A stretch of DNA of 64,000 bases from IMG/VR virus record IMGVR_UViG_3300013121_000022, positions 108,505 through 172,504 of that record; one strand, given 5' to 3'. Positions 1 through 10,052 of this stretch are shown piece by piece. The position numbers and the translations under genes are program-made. Positions within the stretch are counted from its first letter, which is position 1, and each line of letters opens with the position of its first letter. This stretch comes from a virus. Lineage: Duplodnaviria > Caudoviricetes. The notes beneath the pieces are model-generated. The model worked only from the letters and a program-made list of their open reading frames with translations, did not search any database and was not told the DNA's origin.

Positions 1-128
1 AAGGTCAATTCGACAATATTGGATATACCGCAAAAGCGGCATCAGGCAGTTTTACACTATGGGCAATTGCTGTCCCTGGGCCAGTTATGGGTAAGCGAAA
101 AATCTTTTATCAAATAGGTTAAAACATT

Positions 129-1652
129 ATGGCAAACATTCAAGGTGGTTCAGATACCGCCAATATTCAAAACGTAGATGCAAATTACAATGGACAGGTC
201 AATCTTCCATATACAACTCCAGCGGGTGTCGATCAGGGTGGAGGATTATCAAAGGCGGGTTTTGCGTCTGTGGCCGCCGAATCCGATCCGGGTGAAATCA
301 CTGGTACGCGACTGATTCGGCAAATTGAGGCATCCGAAGACTTTAGAGTCCGCGCAGGACTTGATTCTTTATTGTTCCATCATTCATTTGAAGGAACAAA
401 CATCGCAAGAGATCGTATTCAGCAAAACGATACCACAGCAACTGCGGCTCAGGCTACTGGAATTTTGACTATCAATAGCGGTGCAAGCGTCACCTCTGGT
501 CAGGGTTGTAACATTCGCACCTATAGAACATTTCCGGTTTTCGGATCATATCCGACTTATATTGATATGTGGTTGCGTGAAACTAATCCATCAGCAACCA
601 ATGCGGTTAGCGAATGGGGGCTTGGTTATGTTTCTGGTGTTACCGTTCAAGTAGTGGACGGTATATTTTTCCGACGATTGTCGGGAGGTCAGTTACGAGC
701 AGTCATGGTGTTCAACAGCGTAGATGTGGCTACTGTTGATATTAACACTGCGAACGTACCTTCCCGTGATGGTTCAGGATCGTTTGACGAGGCTGAAATC
801 AATCATTATCTAATCACTTTCCATGCCGATGTTGCTAATTTCTGGATCAATGATGTTCTGGTCGCGTCCATTAAATCTTTGTCTACTCAGGGATCGCCAA
901 CCTATGCAGTAACCCAACCAATTTTTGCTCGTGTTTACAATTCAGCTGGAGCGTCGGCGGCTCGACAACTTGGTATTGCGCTTTTGTCGGCATCGCTTGG
1001 CGACATGCATTCTGGTAAGCCCTATGGTCATCAAGTGGCAGGTTTTGGTGGTGGTTCATATCAGATTCAACCCGGAACTGCATCAGGGCCAACTGTTACA
1101 CGTGGTACAGGCGCAAACGGATGGCCTACTTCTGCAACCGCTCGTGCCGCTGGTACATGGACAGCAACTTCAGCTCCGGCGCTAAATTCACTTGGTGGAA
1201 ACTGGCTAAGTCCGGCAATATCTACACTAACATCCGAAGCAGATTATCCGGTTTTTGCTTATCTTAATCCAGCGGGTGCTGTAGGTGTACCCGGAAAGAC
1301 CTTGTATATTACTCAAGTCAAATGGGGTAAAACAATTGCAACCGTTGCAGCTGCAACCAACTCCATTATTTTGAACTACATATTGGGAGTGGGATCGACT
1401 GGTTCTGGTACGGCAGTGGCAGAAGCGGCGGCAGCTGTTGCAGCTCGCGGAATTGTATTGGATAACATTCCATTCAAATCAACTGCCGCTATTGGTGATT
1501 ATGTTGAAGGTGGTCAAATGGATTTCTCGCAAGCTCCATTGGTTGTTCCTCCGGGATGCTATCTTCACTTTATTGTTCGTCCATTCGGAACTGTCGCGTC
1601 TAATACTTTGGTTGTCGCAAGTTCAGTTGCGTTTGCTGGATATTTTGAATAA
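129..1652 (+). CDS. putative virion/tail structural protein (Gly/Ala/Thr-rich, beta-rich)
   Basis: 507-aa ORF with tail-fibre-like composition, directly upstream of three tail-like paralogues. Confidence 0.55.
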   Translation: MANIQGGSDTANIQNVDANYNGQVNLPYTTPAGVDQGGGLSKAGFASVAAESDPGEITGTRLIRQIEASEDFRVRAGLDSLLFHHSFEGTNIARDRIQQNDTTATAAQATGILTINSGASVTSGQGCNIRTYRTFPVFGSYPTYIDMWLRETNPSATNAVSEWGLGYVSGVTVQVVDGIFFRRLSGGQLRAVMVFNSVDVATVDINTANVPSRDGSGSFDEAEINHYLITFHADVANFWINDVLVASIKSLSTQGSPTYAVTQPIFARVYNSAGASAARQLGIALLSASLGDMHSGKPYGHQVAGFGGGSYQIQPGTASGPTVTRGTGANGWPTSATARAAGTWTATSAPALNSLGGNWLSPAISTLTSEADYPVFAYLNPAGAVGVPGKTLYITQVKWGKTIATVAAATNSIILNYILGVGSTGSGTAVAEAAAAVAARGIVLDNIPFKSTAAIGDYVEGGQMDFSQAPLVVPPGCYLHFIVRPFGTVASNTLVVASSVAFAGYFE

Positions 1653-1664
1653 GACATATATCTA

Positions 1665-2501
1665 ATGCCAAATACAGCACTCAATAGAACAATTGCATTG
1701 GTATTGACAAATAAAAGCGGCGGCAGTGTCGTACAGGGCGATGTCGTGATTGTTGGGTCGGCTACTGCTTCATCTTTTGTTACCAACTCTACTTTAGCTT
1801 TAGTGACAGACGTAATTGGGGTTGTTATTGAACCCAATGGAATTGCGAATAATTACGATGGACTGATTGCGATTCAAGGTTATGTTCCAAAAATAAACTT
1901 GTCGTCATCCGCTTCTTTGGGTGATACATTTCATTTGGATTCAGTCGCCAAACAAGCCGTTCCACACTCGGATCGGAGATCGTCTGATTTTGGTCAGGTT
2001 TTGACTACCGGATCGACTCCACGAGCTTATTTGTTTGGGCAAAATAAAATTCCATCATACGCAAAACTCAGCGACGTTAAATCGGCTGGAACAAATGGTG
2101 GAACATTCACATCTGGATCGTGGCAAACTAGAACACTGAATACGGAAGACACAGATGACGATGGTATCGTGTCTTTGTCATCAAATCAGTTTACTTTACA
2201 GGCCGGAACATATCGAATTTGTGCATCAACTCCTGCTTATTATATTGCGGCTCATAAAGCCAAACTATACAATATTACTGCGGCGGTTGATGTAATTCTC
2301 GGAACAACCGAGATGTCGTATACGGACGGATCAATTACTACCAGATCGATGGTCGTTGGACAATTTACAATATCGTCTGCCAGTGTTTTTGAAATACAAC
2401 ATCGATGCGAAATCACTAGAGCAACCGATGGACTTGGATACCGATCAAACTTCGGAGTTGCAGAAGTCTATACCGTTGTTGAACTCTGGAAATTGTACTA
2501 A
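1665..2501 (+). CDS. putative tail fibre/receptor-binding-associated protein, paralogue 1
   Basis: 278 aa; shares TALNRTI..LTNKSG and GGTxTSGSWQTRTLNT..NQFTLQAGTY blocks with next two ORFs. Confidence 0.55.
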   Translation: MPNTALNRTIALVLTNKSGGSVVQGDVVIVGSATASSFVTNSTLALVTDVIGVVIEPNGIANNYDGLIAIQGYVPKINLSSSASLGDTFHLDSVAKQAVPHSDRRSSDFGQVLTTGSTPRAYLFGQNKIPSYAKLSDVKSAGTNGGTFTSGSWQTRTLNTEDTDDDGIVSLSSNQFTLQAGTYRICASTPAYYIAAHKAKLYNITAAVDVILGTTEMSYTDGSITTRSMVVGQFTISSASVFEIQHRCEITRATDGLGYRSNFGVAEVYTVVELWKLY

Positions 2502-2503
2502 CT

Positions 2504-3331
2504 ATGCCAACAGCTCTTAATCGATCTATTGTTGTTTTTTTGACCAATAAAAGCGGATTGCAAGTTAGTTATGGATCGGTGGTTGTCCTAAATGCTGTTT
2601 CGAGTAGCTTTACCTTGAATACTACCGAAGGCTTGATCAACAATTCGGTGGGTGTCGTGGCCGAACCTACAGGCATTTCTAACGACGCTCAAGGTGCGGT
2701 AATTATTGGCGGTTATGTTCCTCAGATCAACTTGGATTCCGGATGTACGATTCTTGATTTTATTAAGACATCCAGCACAAGCGGAAAAGGAAAACCATTT
2801 ACCCCTAAAGGCAGGGGCGCATTTGGACAAGCTCTTACCGCATCTGTCAATCCAGAAGCAATCCTGTTTGGATCGATTTTATCGGTTGAATCGTATGCAC
2901 TGTTTGTTGATCAAAAATCGGCTGGAACGGGTGGCGGGACATCTACATCTGGATCGTGGCAAACTAGAACACTGAATACGGTAATTAGCAATAGCGATAA
3001 TATTGCATCGTTATCGTCAAACCAACTTACATTACAAGCAGGAACATATCGACTTAGAGCTAGAGCGCCTGCCTACTTTACCGATAGAACTCAAGCACGT
3101 TGGCGCAATGTGACTGATGGCACAACAACACTGGTTGGTAGCACAATTTACCTAACGGCTGGCGCTTACGATGGCGCGAATTGGGTTGAAGGGGAATTTA
3201 CGATTATCGCAGCTAAAACTTTTGAATTACAGCAACGCGTCACTGTAACGTCGGCTACATATGGATTCGGCGTTAACCCAAGTTTCGATGAAAACGCGAT
3301 ATATGCTACGGTTGAACTCTGGAAATTATGA
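2504..3331 (+). CDS. putative tail fibre-associated protein, paralogue 2
   Basis: 275 aa; same conserved blocks. Confidence 0.55.
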   Translation: MPTALNRSIVVFLTNKSGLQVSYGSVVVLNAVSSSFTLNTTEGLINNSVGVVAEPTGISNDAQGAVIIGGYVPQINLDSGCTILDFIKTSSTSGKGKPFTPKGRGAFGQALTASVNPEAILFGSILSVESYALFVDQKSAGTGGGTSTSGSWQTRTLNTVISNSDNIASLSSNQLTLQAGTYRLRARAPAYFTDRTQARWRNVTDGTTTLVGSTIYLTAGAYDGANWVEGEFTIIAAKTFELQQRVTVTSATYGFGVNPSFDENAIYATVELWKL

Positions 3332-4161
3332 CAAACACAGCTTTACAACGCACAATTGCAAGTCTTCTTTTGAACTCATCAGGCGGAAATGTAAGTAAGG
3401 GCGATGTAGTGATAGTCGGATCGTCGGTTGCGTCTTCCTTTACTACAACAACGACAGTTGGTTTACAAAGCGATCTGATTGGTGTTGCACTTGAAGATAT
3501 TCCTTCTGGATCGCAAGGCATGGTTGCGGTTCAGGGCTATGTGCCGAAAATCAATTTGTCAGCGTCCGCGTCGTTGGGCGATACATTTTGTACGCATTCG
3601 GTTGCCAAACAAGCCGTTCCTCATTCATTGAGGCAAATTGGTGACTTTGGTCAGGTTTTGACTACCGGATCAACCCCCGAAGCAATTTTATTTACAGTTG
3701 TTGATCGACCAGCAATAGCTGTTCTTAGAGACGAAAAAGCTGCTAACACACAAGGTGGAGCAAGTACAAGCGGATCGTGGTTGACTCGTGATTTGAATAC
3801 CGAAGTATACGATCCATATGGCATTGTATCGCTTTCGGCCAATCAATTTACTCTACAAGCCGGAACTTACAAAATCAGAGTCACATCTCCATTTATGACA
3901 GCTTCTGGCGCACGAATTAGACTAAGGAACATAACCGATTCAACTACAACTTGCGTGGGTACAAGTGCTTACAATCAGACTCCCGATCTTGTAGAATGTA
4001 TTAGCACGATTGACGATGTGTTTACAATTTCGGCGGCGAAAGTGTTTGAAATTCAATATCGAGTTGTATTGTCCAGAGCAACCAACGGATTGGGTGTAAG
4101 CGGTGGCGATTTAGGCGAAGTCGAAGTATATACCAGAGTCTTTATTGAGAAGATCGACTAA
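3328..4161 (+). CDS. putative tail fibre-associated protein, paralogue 3
   Basis: 277 aa; same conserved blocks; ATGA overlap with previous gene. Confidence 0.55.
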   Translation: MTNTALQRTIASLLLNSSGGNVSKGDVVIVGSSVASSFTTTTTVGLQSDLIGVALEDIPSGSQGMVAVQGYVPKINLSASASLGDTFCTHSVAKQAVPHSLRQIGDFGQVLTTGSTPEAILFTVVDRPAIAVLRDEKAANTQGGASTSGSWLTRDLNTEVYDPYGIVSLSANQFTLQAGTYKIRVTSPFMTASGARIRLRNITDSTTTCVGTSAYNQTPDLVECISTIDDVFTISAAKVFEIQYRVVLSRATNGLGVSGGDLGEVEVYTRVFIEKID

Positions 4162-4237
4162 AATTTTAATATTGACGGATTAGCAATCTTGCCTTACCAT
4201 TTATCATCCGCAATTGTAGAGAAAGGCTTGACAAATT

Positions 4238-5011
4238 ATGCTGGTTTATGTTTCTGGAAAATACTCCGCCGATCCAGATTCGACGGATGACGCAGATTCT
4301 CAGGTTCTTGAAAATATCAAATTGGCCGGACGAGTTGCCGGAGAATTATGGGACAAAGGACATGCTGTTTTGTGTCCACACACCAACACTAATCATTTCC
4401 TTGTGCCAGTCAAAAATACCACATGGGAAGATTACATGCGCGGCGATTACATGATGATCGCTCGATGTGATGCTGTGGTAATGCTTCCGAATTGGGAAAC
4501 CAGTCGGGGGGCGCGAGCTGAATTGGCTTATGCGGAAGGCTTAAAAATTCCGATCTACTATTATCCACAACTACCTGAATTGCATCCTACCGAAGTGTTA
4601 TCACCAGTGCAATGCAAGCGTTTTGCAGAAACACTTGGACAAATGTATCGAACACATCTTTCCAAGAATCACGATTATAGTCCGGCCAATATTCTTGGCA
4701 TGGGTGAAGTTGGAGGCGTGGTTCGCTTGTGGGATAAAGCAATTCGACTGGCAAATTTGAATGGTATTCAACTTCATCTTAATGACGTATATTTCAGTAA
4801 TCAGTCGGATGAATTCAAGCCTTTGATTTGGTCGTTGCTGGTCAATACTTTAAGTCTAGTAAACAAGCTGGGCTTTAGATTCAAAATCACAAAAATTATG
4901 GTTGGTAAAACAAAATCCGCAAAGAACGAATCGATTGATGATACCTTGATCGATTTATCGGTTTATGCGATTATTCAGCGCCTGCTAATGGCGGGAGAGT
5001 GGGGTAGATAA
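4238..5011 (+). CDS. DUF4406-like (nucleoside deoxyribosyltransferase fold) fused to DUF1599-like nucleotide-modification-associated domain
   Basis: N-term VYVSGKY..CDAVVMLPNWETSRGARAE; C-term KNHDY..RLWDK..ESIDDTLIDLSVYAII. Confidence 0.65.
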   Translation: MLVYVSGKYSADPDSTDDADSQVLENIKLAGRVAGELWDKGHAVLCPHTNTNHFLVPVKNTTWEDYMRGDYMMIARCDAVVMLPNWETSRGARAELAYAEGLKIPIYYYPQLPELHPTEVLSPVQCKRFAETLGQMYRTHLSKNHDYSPANILGMGEVGGVVRLWDKAIRLANLNGIQLHLNDVYFSNQSDEFKPLIWSLLVNTLSLVNKLGFRFKITKIMVGKTKSAKNESIDDTLIDLSVYAIIQRLLMAGEWGR

Positions 5012-5012
5012 C

Positions 5013-5762
5013 ATGAGAGGTTTAGAATTTGAAAAGAAATCGGGAGGGGCGGCAATTTTCTTGGCGTTGCTTGGTTTGGTTACAATTATGATTGCGTTGT
5101 TCTTTTTGTATCTGAACAATCAGTTTTCGGCTTTTGGATTTGTTGAAGCGACGGGTGGAGAAGTATTGTCAGTCAAAAACAACATCTGGACAATCGGAGT
5201 TGATGTGAAGTCGGGCGGTTCGTTTGGTATGTTGGCGGGATGGGCTGGTTCAATTTTAGTCACTGTTATTCAATTGATCTTTTGGGTTCACGATCCTAAC
5301 GTAATTTTCAGGACAACAGATAAGTTGTTTCGACAGCTTATGTACTTGCTGATTGTCTATGATTTCTTATCAACCGTCTATTACTTGACAAGTTTGGGCA
5401 TCGAGACTTTTCCACTCGAATTGCCTTTTGCAATGGCGACGTGGCATGTCTTTACGCTGAATGGACTTATTCAGTTTGGACTGATCTTGTTTATTTCGTT
5501 TGCCTTTTTGTCGGTAGGATCGGAGTTCTGGTTGGCTCTTGGATGGACTTTATTCTCGTTGCACATTGTCGAAGCAATATCAGTAGTTCAAAACTGGCTT
5601 GACAATGCTCAGGAATCTTTTGAGCGTTCGAGATTAAATAAAGTTGATAGGCGCATCGATCAAATGAAACAGCAATCCCAAACCAATCAGGCGCGGCCTG
5701 CTCAAAACTTCAATCGGCCAAATCAGCCACAGCGCACATATCAGCCACAATCACAAACTTAA
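5013..5762 (+). CDS. multi-pass membrane protein with Gln-rich tail
   Basis: 249 aa, several hydrophobic segments. Confidence 0.6.
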   Translation: MRGLEFEKKSGGAAIFLALLGLVTIMIALFFLYLNNQFSAFGFVEATGGEVLSVKNNIWTIGVDVKSGGSFGMLAGWAGSILVTVIQLIFWVHDPNVIFRTTDKLFRQLMYLLIVYDFLSTVYYLTSLGIETFPLELPFAMATWHVFTLNGLIQFGLILFISFAFLSVGSEFWLALGWTLFSLHIVEAISVVQNWLDNAQESFERSRLNKVDRRIDQMKQQSQTNQARPAQNFNRPNQPQRTYQPQSQT

Positions 5763-5764
5763 AC

Positions 5765-5802
5765 AAAAAAAGAGACATCATCGCAATGATGTCTCTTTTT
5801 TT
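5765..5802. terminator. bidirectional intrinsic terminator
   Basis: A7-GAGACATCAT-CGCA-ATGATGTCTC-T7 between convergent genes. Confidence 0.85.
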
Positions 5803-5809
5803 ATTCAAC

Positions 5810-6325
5810 CTACAACTCAATGTACTTGCGCCATTCTTCCTTGATCTCTCCACCAAACCGAGAAATTACAAAGGTGTTGCCTCTTGGCGTCTTTGGTTCA
5901 CTCAGCAACTTCATGCCTGCCTCATTGGGCGTCCTGCTTCCCTTTTTGGTATTGCATTTCTTGCAGGAGCAAACCGTGTTACCCCAAGTGTTTAATCCCC
6001 CTTTGGACTTGGGAATAATGTGATCAACAGTGGGAGCTTTCCATTTGTTACTCTTGTCGGTTGTGATACCGCAGTATTGACAAATGTGGTTGTCACGCTT
6101 GAACACGCCTTGACCACTCCACACAGCGCCACGTCGGGGTACATTGATGTATCGCTTCAACACAATTACACTTGGAATTTCAAATACAATCGACTGAGAT
6201 CGAACGTGCTTGCCAGTTCCCTCTACAAAATTGGCGCGTTCATTCAAAATCAAATTGATTGCTCGTTTGTCGCTCATAGTTGCATGAGGCGATCCGTCTG
6301 CGTTCAATACCAGAACTTGAGTCAT
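5810..6325 (-). CDS. HNH endonuclease
   Basis: VLVLNA..RDNHICQYCG..TVDHIIPKSKGG.NTWGN.VCSCKKCNTKKG; start moved to ATG after GAAAGGA. Confidence 0.9.
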   Translation of the reverse strand: MTQVLVLNADGSPHATMSDKRAINLILNERANFVEGTGKHVRSQSIVFEIPSVIVLKRYINVPRRGAVWSGQGVFKRDNHICQYCGITTDKSNKWKAPTVDHIIPKSKGGLNTWGNTVCSCKKCNTKKGSRTPNEAGMKLLSEPKTPRGNTFVISRFGGEIKEEWRKYIEL

Positions 6326-6349
6326 GTTTGTAATTCCTTTCTTGAAGTG

Positions 6350-6423
6350 TACTCCCGACAGGACTTGAACCTGCAACCTTGAGATTAAAAGTCTCTTGCT
6401 CTACTCTATTGAGCTACGGGAGC
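6350..6423 (-). tRNA. tRNA-Lys(TTT)
   Basis: cloverleaf, anticodon loop CTTTTAA, T-loop TTCAAGT. Confidence 0.92.
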
Positions 6424-6428
6424 ATAGG

Positions 6429-6501
6429 TGCATCCGGTGGGACTTGAACCCACAACCTTGAAATTAAGAGTTTCCTGCTCTGCCAATTGAGCTACGGATA
6501 C
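6429..6501 (-). tRNA. tRNA-Lys(CTT)
   Basis: cloverleaf, loop CTCTTAA. Confidence 0.92.
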
Positions 6502-6504
6502 ATC

Positions 6505-6518
6505 GATCTGCGCCGATC
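6505..6518 (-). repeat. dispersed 14-bp motif GATCGGCGCAGATC
   Basis: perfect copy overlapping the -10/start of the tRNA-Lys promoter. Confidence 0.85.
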
Positions 6519-6649
6519 ATAACACATTGGTCGGTTAGTTGTCAATCAACAACTGGAGTGGAATACACTAACACAACGCCCAAAGTTGGTTGAACTTCTT
6601 TGCAATACACTGCCGAGATCGACAGTTACGATAAACAACACTTCCTGAT

Positions 6650-7129
6650 TCATGTTTCATCCTCCATTTCGATTTCACCACTTTCCAGTGTTGTAAATTT
6701 TACACCTTGCGCGTAATACTTTACAACTCCCGCATGGCGTTGTAGTTGAACCATGCCGCCATACTCTTTGTAATAGAATGCAACCAGTTCGGTTGCTAAC
6801 TGATTGTGTTCTTGGAATTTACATTCATAAAATTTTCCGTCCGGCATCATCCAACCATTAACTTCTTTTTTGAATGGTGTTGGCGTGGGCGGAAAATCAT
6901 TGTAAAACTGAACATACACCGACTCGTATTCATTATTGTACATTGTGTATGTATTAAGAACCTGCAAAGTCGCAGGTTTGATTGTGTAACTCGATCCAAC
7001 TCCCCAATACATTCGAGATGGAAACATGGACTTGAAATGAACCAAGTATGGGCCAACTTCACAAGGTGGACATTCTGGATTGGCGTATGTTTCGATAAAC
7101 TTCACAGCATAAATGGTTTCTGTTTTCAT
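6650..7129 (-). CDS. hypothetical protein (leaderless)
   Basis: TTGACA..TATGAT-N6-ATG on minus strand. Confidence 0.65.
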   Translation of the reverse strand: MKTETIYAVKFIETYANPECPPCEVGPYLVHFKSMFPSRMYWGVGSSYTIKPATLQVLNTYTMYNNEYESVYVQFYNDFPPTPTPFKKEVNGWMMPDGKFYECKFQEHNQLATELVAFYYKEYGGMVQLQRHAGVVKYYAQGVKFTTLESGEIEMEDET

Positions 7130-7204
7130 GCGGTTATCATAGATCAAAAAAGTATTTGTGTCAAGTGTTTGACAAACCCAAAAAATTCAAGTATCATTGC
7201 CGCC

Positions 7205-7513
7205 ATGAGACAAGTGAGCATCGTATTTATCAAGACGGGAGATCAAAACTCTGACATCCGCCGACTCAAATTGATTTTGGCACAGTCCAAAAAGGGGCAA
7301 GGCGCTGATGGACTGTCTATTGATTTTCGAGAATCGTTCAACGACACATCGGGTGTTGTGGTTGATTTTGAAAATGTTTCGATTGGTGTAGACACAATCG
7401 ATGTATGGCGCAAACGCGGATACTCGGTTTCAGAAGATCAGGTACAAGAAATTCAACCAGAAATATTGACGGACGCGAAACCTGAAACACGAATAGATTA
7501 TAATGATTTTTAG
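7205..7513 (+). CDS. hypothetical protein (leaderless)
   Basis: TTGACA-N17-TATCAT-N7-ATG. Confidence 0.6.
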   Translation: MRQVSIVFIKTGDQNSDIRRLKLILAQSKKGQGADGLSIDFRESFNDTSGVVVDFENVSIGVDTIDVWRKRGYSVSEDQVQEIQPEILTDAKPETRIDYNDF

Positions 7514-7517
7514 AAAT

Positions 7518-7590
7518 GCGCCTGTGGTGTAATGGTCAACATGACACTCTTATAAGGTGTGGATTGAAGGTTCGAGTCCTTTCGGGCGTA
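7518..7590 (+). tRNA. tRNA-Ile(TAT)
   Basis: anticodon arm ACACT-CTTATAA-GGTGT. Confidence 0.85.
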
Positions 7591-7594
7591 CAAT

Positions 7595-7666
7595 GGCGAG
7601 GTAGCTAAGCGGTTAAGGCAACTGTCTGCAAAACAGTGATGAAGGGTTCGACTCCCTTTCTCGCCT
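7595..7666 (+). tRNA. tRNA-Cys(GCA)
   Basis: loop CTGCAAA, U73 discriminator. Confidence 0.92.
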
Positions 7667-7668
7667 CT

Positions 7669-7740
7669 GCTTCCGTAGTTCAAAGGATAGAATACCAGTT
7701 TCCTAAACTGCCAATCTCGGTTCGAGTCCGAGCGGAAGCA
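7669..7740 (+). tRNA. tRNA-Arg(CCT)
   Basis: loop TTCCTAA. Confidence 0.9.
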
Positions 7741-7758
7741 CAAGAAAGAGAACTATTA

Positions 7759-8853
7759 ATGAAAATCAAAACCGATGTATTACTCTCCGCACTATCTGAT
7801 ACACTCAAAGCAACAAAAGAAAACGCAACAAACCCAACGCTGGCCTACATCAAAATAGAAAAAGACACAGACTCAAATCGCTGTTCGTTAGTTGGAACGA
7901 ACATGGAGTTTACCGTTGGCCGAACTATCGATGTTGAGGGAAATGAATCTGTTTCGCTGTTGATTGATGGCAGAAAAATTCACGACATCATTTCATCTGT
8001 GCCTGACGAGTACATCACCGTTACTATTCTATCTCAAAAAATTAAAGTGTCGAGTTCGATTAGCGAACTTACTCTATCAACTTTGGTTGCTGATGATTTT
8101 CCAAAAGTTGACAACGGTGGAGAACGTGCCGCACTGGTAAGCTCAGATTCTTTGGCGCTTTGGAGAGAGGCGATGTGGTGTACATCTTCTGATGTCCATG
8201 ATACCTTTAAGAATGGTGTCAACCTAACGTTTGATAAGTCGGGTAAATCCATTCATGTTGAAACAGGGAATGGATTTAGATGCTCTATTCTGAAATGTCC
8301 GGCGCAAGAGGTTTATGGCAACTTCAATGCTCTTGTTCCAGTAAACAACTTGATCAAAATGATGTCATTGGCAGTTGAAGACGTATTTGGCATTTTTGTC
8401 TCTAGCTCTTATATTGTCTTTCAATCCAAAAATGGTTTTACTCGATCTGCGCTGATCGAAGCAAAGTTTCCAGAATGGTTGTCAAAAATCAAAAAGACTA
8501 CTTTGGTCGGAATCAAAGTTGACCGAGATTCAACCCTGCAATCTCTCAAGTCGGCCTTGATTGTTGCTAAGGATTCAGCGAACAAGGTGATCTTGACGTG
8601 GGACAATACTCAAATTCATATTCACGCCGAATCGGAAACCGGAAACGTAGATTTGCATGTTCCGCACAAAGGCTTGATTGGAGATCAGAAAGTCTCTTTC
8701 AAGATTGGTTTTGACTGTATATCGTTGCGCGATGCGCTGACGTTCGGCGGAGATGTTACTATGTGGTTGACTTCTAGTGATCTGTATGCTCGTTTTAGTC
8801 GAGAAAAAGATGATTGGATTGGAGTAGTTATGCCACGAAAGGTGTCACAATGA
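7759..8853 (+). CDS. dnaN: DNA polymerase III beta sliding clamp
   Basis: 364 aa; PTLAYIKI, GTNMEF, DDFPKV, TGNGFR, LIEAKFP motifs. Confidence 0.85.
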   Translation: MKIKTDVLLSALSDTLKATKENATNPTLAYIKIEKDTDSNRCSLVGTNMEFTVGRTIDVEGNESVSLLIDGRKIHDIISSVPDEYITVTILSQKIKVSSSISELTLSTLVADDFPKVDNGGERAALVSSDSLALWREAMWCTSSDVHDTFKNGVNLTFDKSGKSIHVETGNGFRCSILKCPAQEVYGNFNALVPVNNLIKMMSLAVEDVFGIFVSSSYIVFQSKNGFTRSALIEAKFPEWLSKIKKTTLVGIKVDRDSTLQSLKSALIVAKDSANKVILTWDNTQIHIHAESETGNVDLHVPHKGLIGDQKVSFKIGFDCISLRDALTFGGDVTMWLTSSDLYARFSREKDDWIGVVMPRKVSQ

Positions 8854-9467
8854 ACAATACTACTTTGGTTGTTACTTTGCTGGATGAATCTGGATCGATG
8901 CTTGAACAAGACAAATCAGAAGTGGCAGTTCTAGCCTTCAATCAATTTGTCAAGGATCAAAACAATATTCCCGGATGCTATTTTTCGTTACATGTGTTTT
9001 CAGATCGCCAGAAGATCGCGGGTACTCCGCGCACCATTCCCCATCTTCGGACTATATTTGAAAATGTTCCGTCAAATATAGTCAAATTCACACGCGATCA
9101 GTATGATCCAGAGGGTTCTACTCCATTGTACGATGCGTTATCGGATTTGATTGATTTGATTGGTATGCGATTGTCTCTGTTGCCAGAATATGATCGTCCT
9201 TCTAAAGTTATTTTTGTGGTTATCACAGACGGTCAGGAAAATTCCAGTAAGCATACAAAGTATGCGGACTTGATGGAAAAAATTAAACATCAACAAGAAA
9301 AGTATTCTTGGGAGTTTGTTTTTGCGATGTCTGGTGTTACATATAACGAATTTCAAAGCGTCGCTAATTTCTCGACAACATTTTCTGCGTCTGACTCCAA
9401 AACGGTTGAAGCGAGTTATGCGAGTTCATCGCGATATGTCACCAGTTCAAGAACCGATAAACACTAA
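8850..9467 (+). CDS. von Willebrand factor A domain protein
   Basis: MIDAS DESGSM, TPLYDA, ITDGQENSS. Confidence 0.9.
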   Translation: MNNTTLVVTLLDESGSMLEQDKSEVAVLAFNQFVKDQNNIPGCYFSLHVFSDRQKIAGTPRTIPHLRTIFENVPSNIVKFTRDQYDPEGSTPLYDALSDLIDLIGMRLSLLPEYDRPSKVIFVVITDGQENSSKHTKYADLMEKIKHQQEKYSWEFVFAMSGVTYNEFQSVANFSTTFSASDSKTVEASYASSSRYVTSSRTDKH

Positions 9468-9468
9468 A

Positions 9469-10050
9469 ATGCGATCTCGGCGAATTGTTTTTACGTCCGA
9501 TCAACATTTCGGGCACGCGAATATCATCAAGTATCAACATCGTCCATATAAAAATGTGGACGAGATGGATTCTGCCTTAATTGAATCGTGGAACGCAAAA
9601 GTCGATCACGATGATATTGTGTTTCATCTTGGAGATTTTACACTTGGCGATGAACGACAGGCCGCAAGATATTTCTCTCGACTGAACGGGGCGATTGGCG
9701 TTGTACGCGGCTCGCACGATGACAGATGGTATAAAAATTCGGTTTACTATCGATCTCGATCTGGAATTCCAGTAAAGTTACTCGGAGATCGTTTCGACTA
9801 TTCATCTGCGATGATCGGTGAGGACGGGCGTAATCTGTTGATCGTGATGTCTCATTATGCAATGGCGCGATGGCCGATTTCGCATTATGGATCGCTACAT
9901 GTATTTGGACACTCACATGGAAACTTTGAAGGCATCGGAAAATCAGTTGATGTTGGGGTTGACGTTTATCCAAACCTATTGTATATTGAGGAAGTAGTCG
10001 AAATCTTGGCGAAAAAATCATCACCTGAGAACCATCTGAGAAAGAGTTGA
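9469..10050 (+). CDS. calcineurin-like metallophosphoesterase
   Basis: SDQHFGH, HLGDF, GSHD, GHSH. Confidence 0.9.
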   Translation: MRSRRIVFTSDQHFGHANIIKYQHRPYKNVDEMDSALIESWNAKVDHDDIVFHLGDFTLGDERQAARYFSRLNGAIGVVRGSHDDRWYKNSVYYRSRSGIPVKLLGDRFDYSSAMIGEDGRNLLIVMSHYAMARWPISHYGSLHVFGHSHGNFEGIGKSVDVGVDVYPNLLYIEEVVEILAKKSSPENHLRKS

Positions 10051-10052
10051 AA

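Noticed and set aside
129-4161. Diversity-generating retroelement acting on tail genes
   Set aside because: No reverse transcriptase and no adenine-specific template/variable repeat pair seen
7636-7758. N-terminal ORF extensions through tRNA genes (also 10652, 18107, 29067, 32474, 35913, 37482, 47546, 48201)
   Set aside because: They read through tRNA cloverleaves; real starts are downstream ATGs
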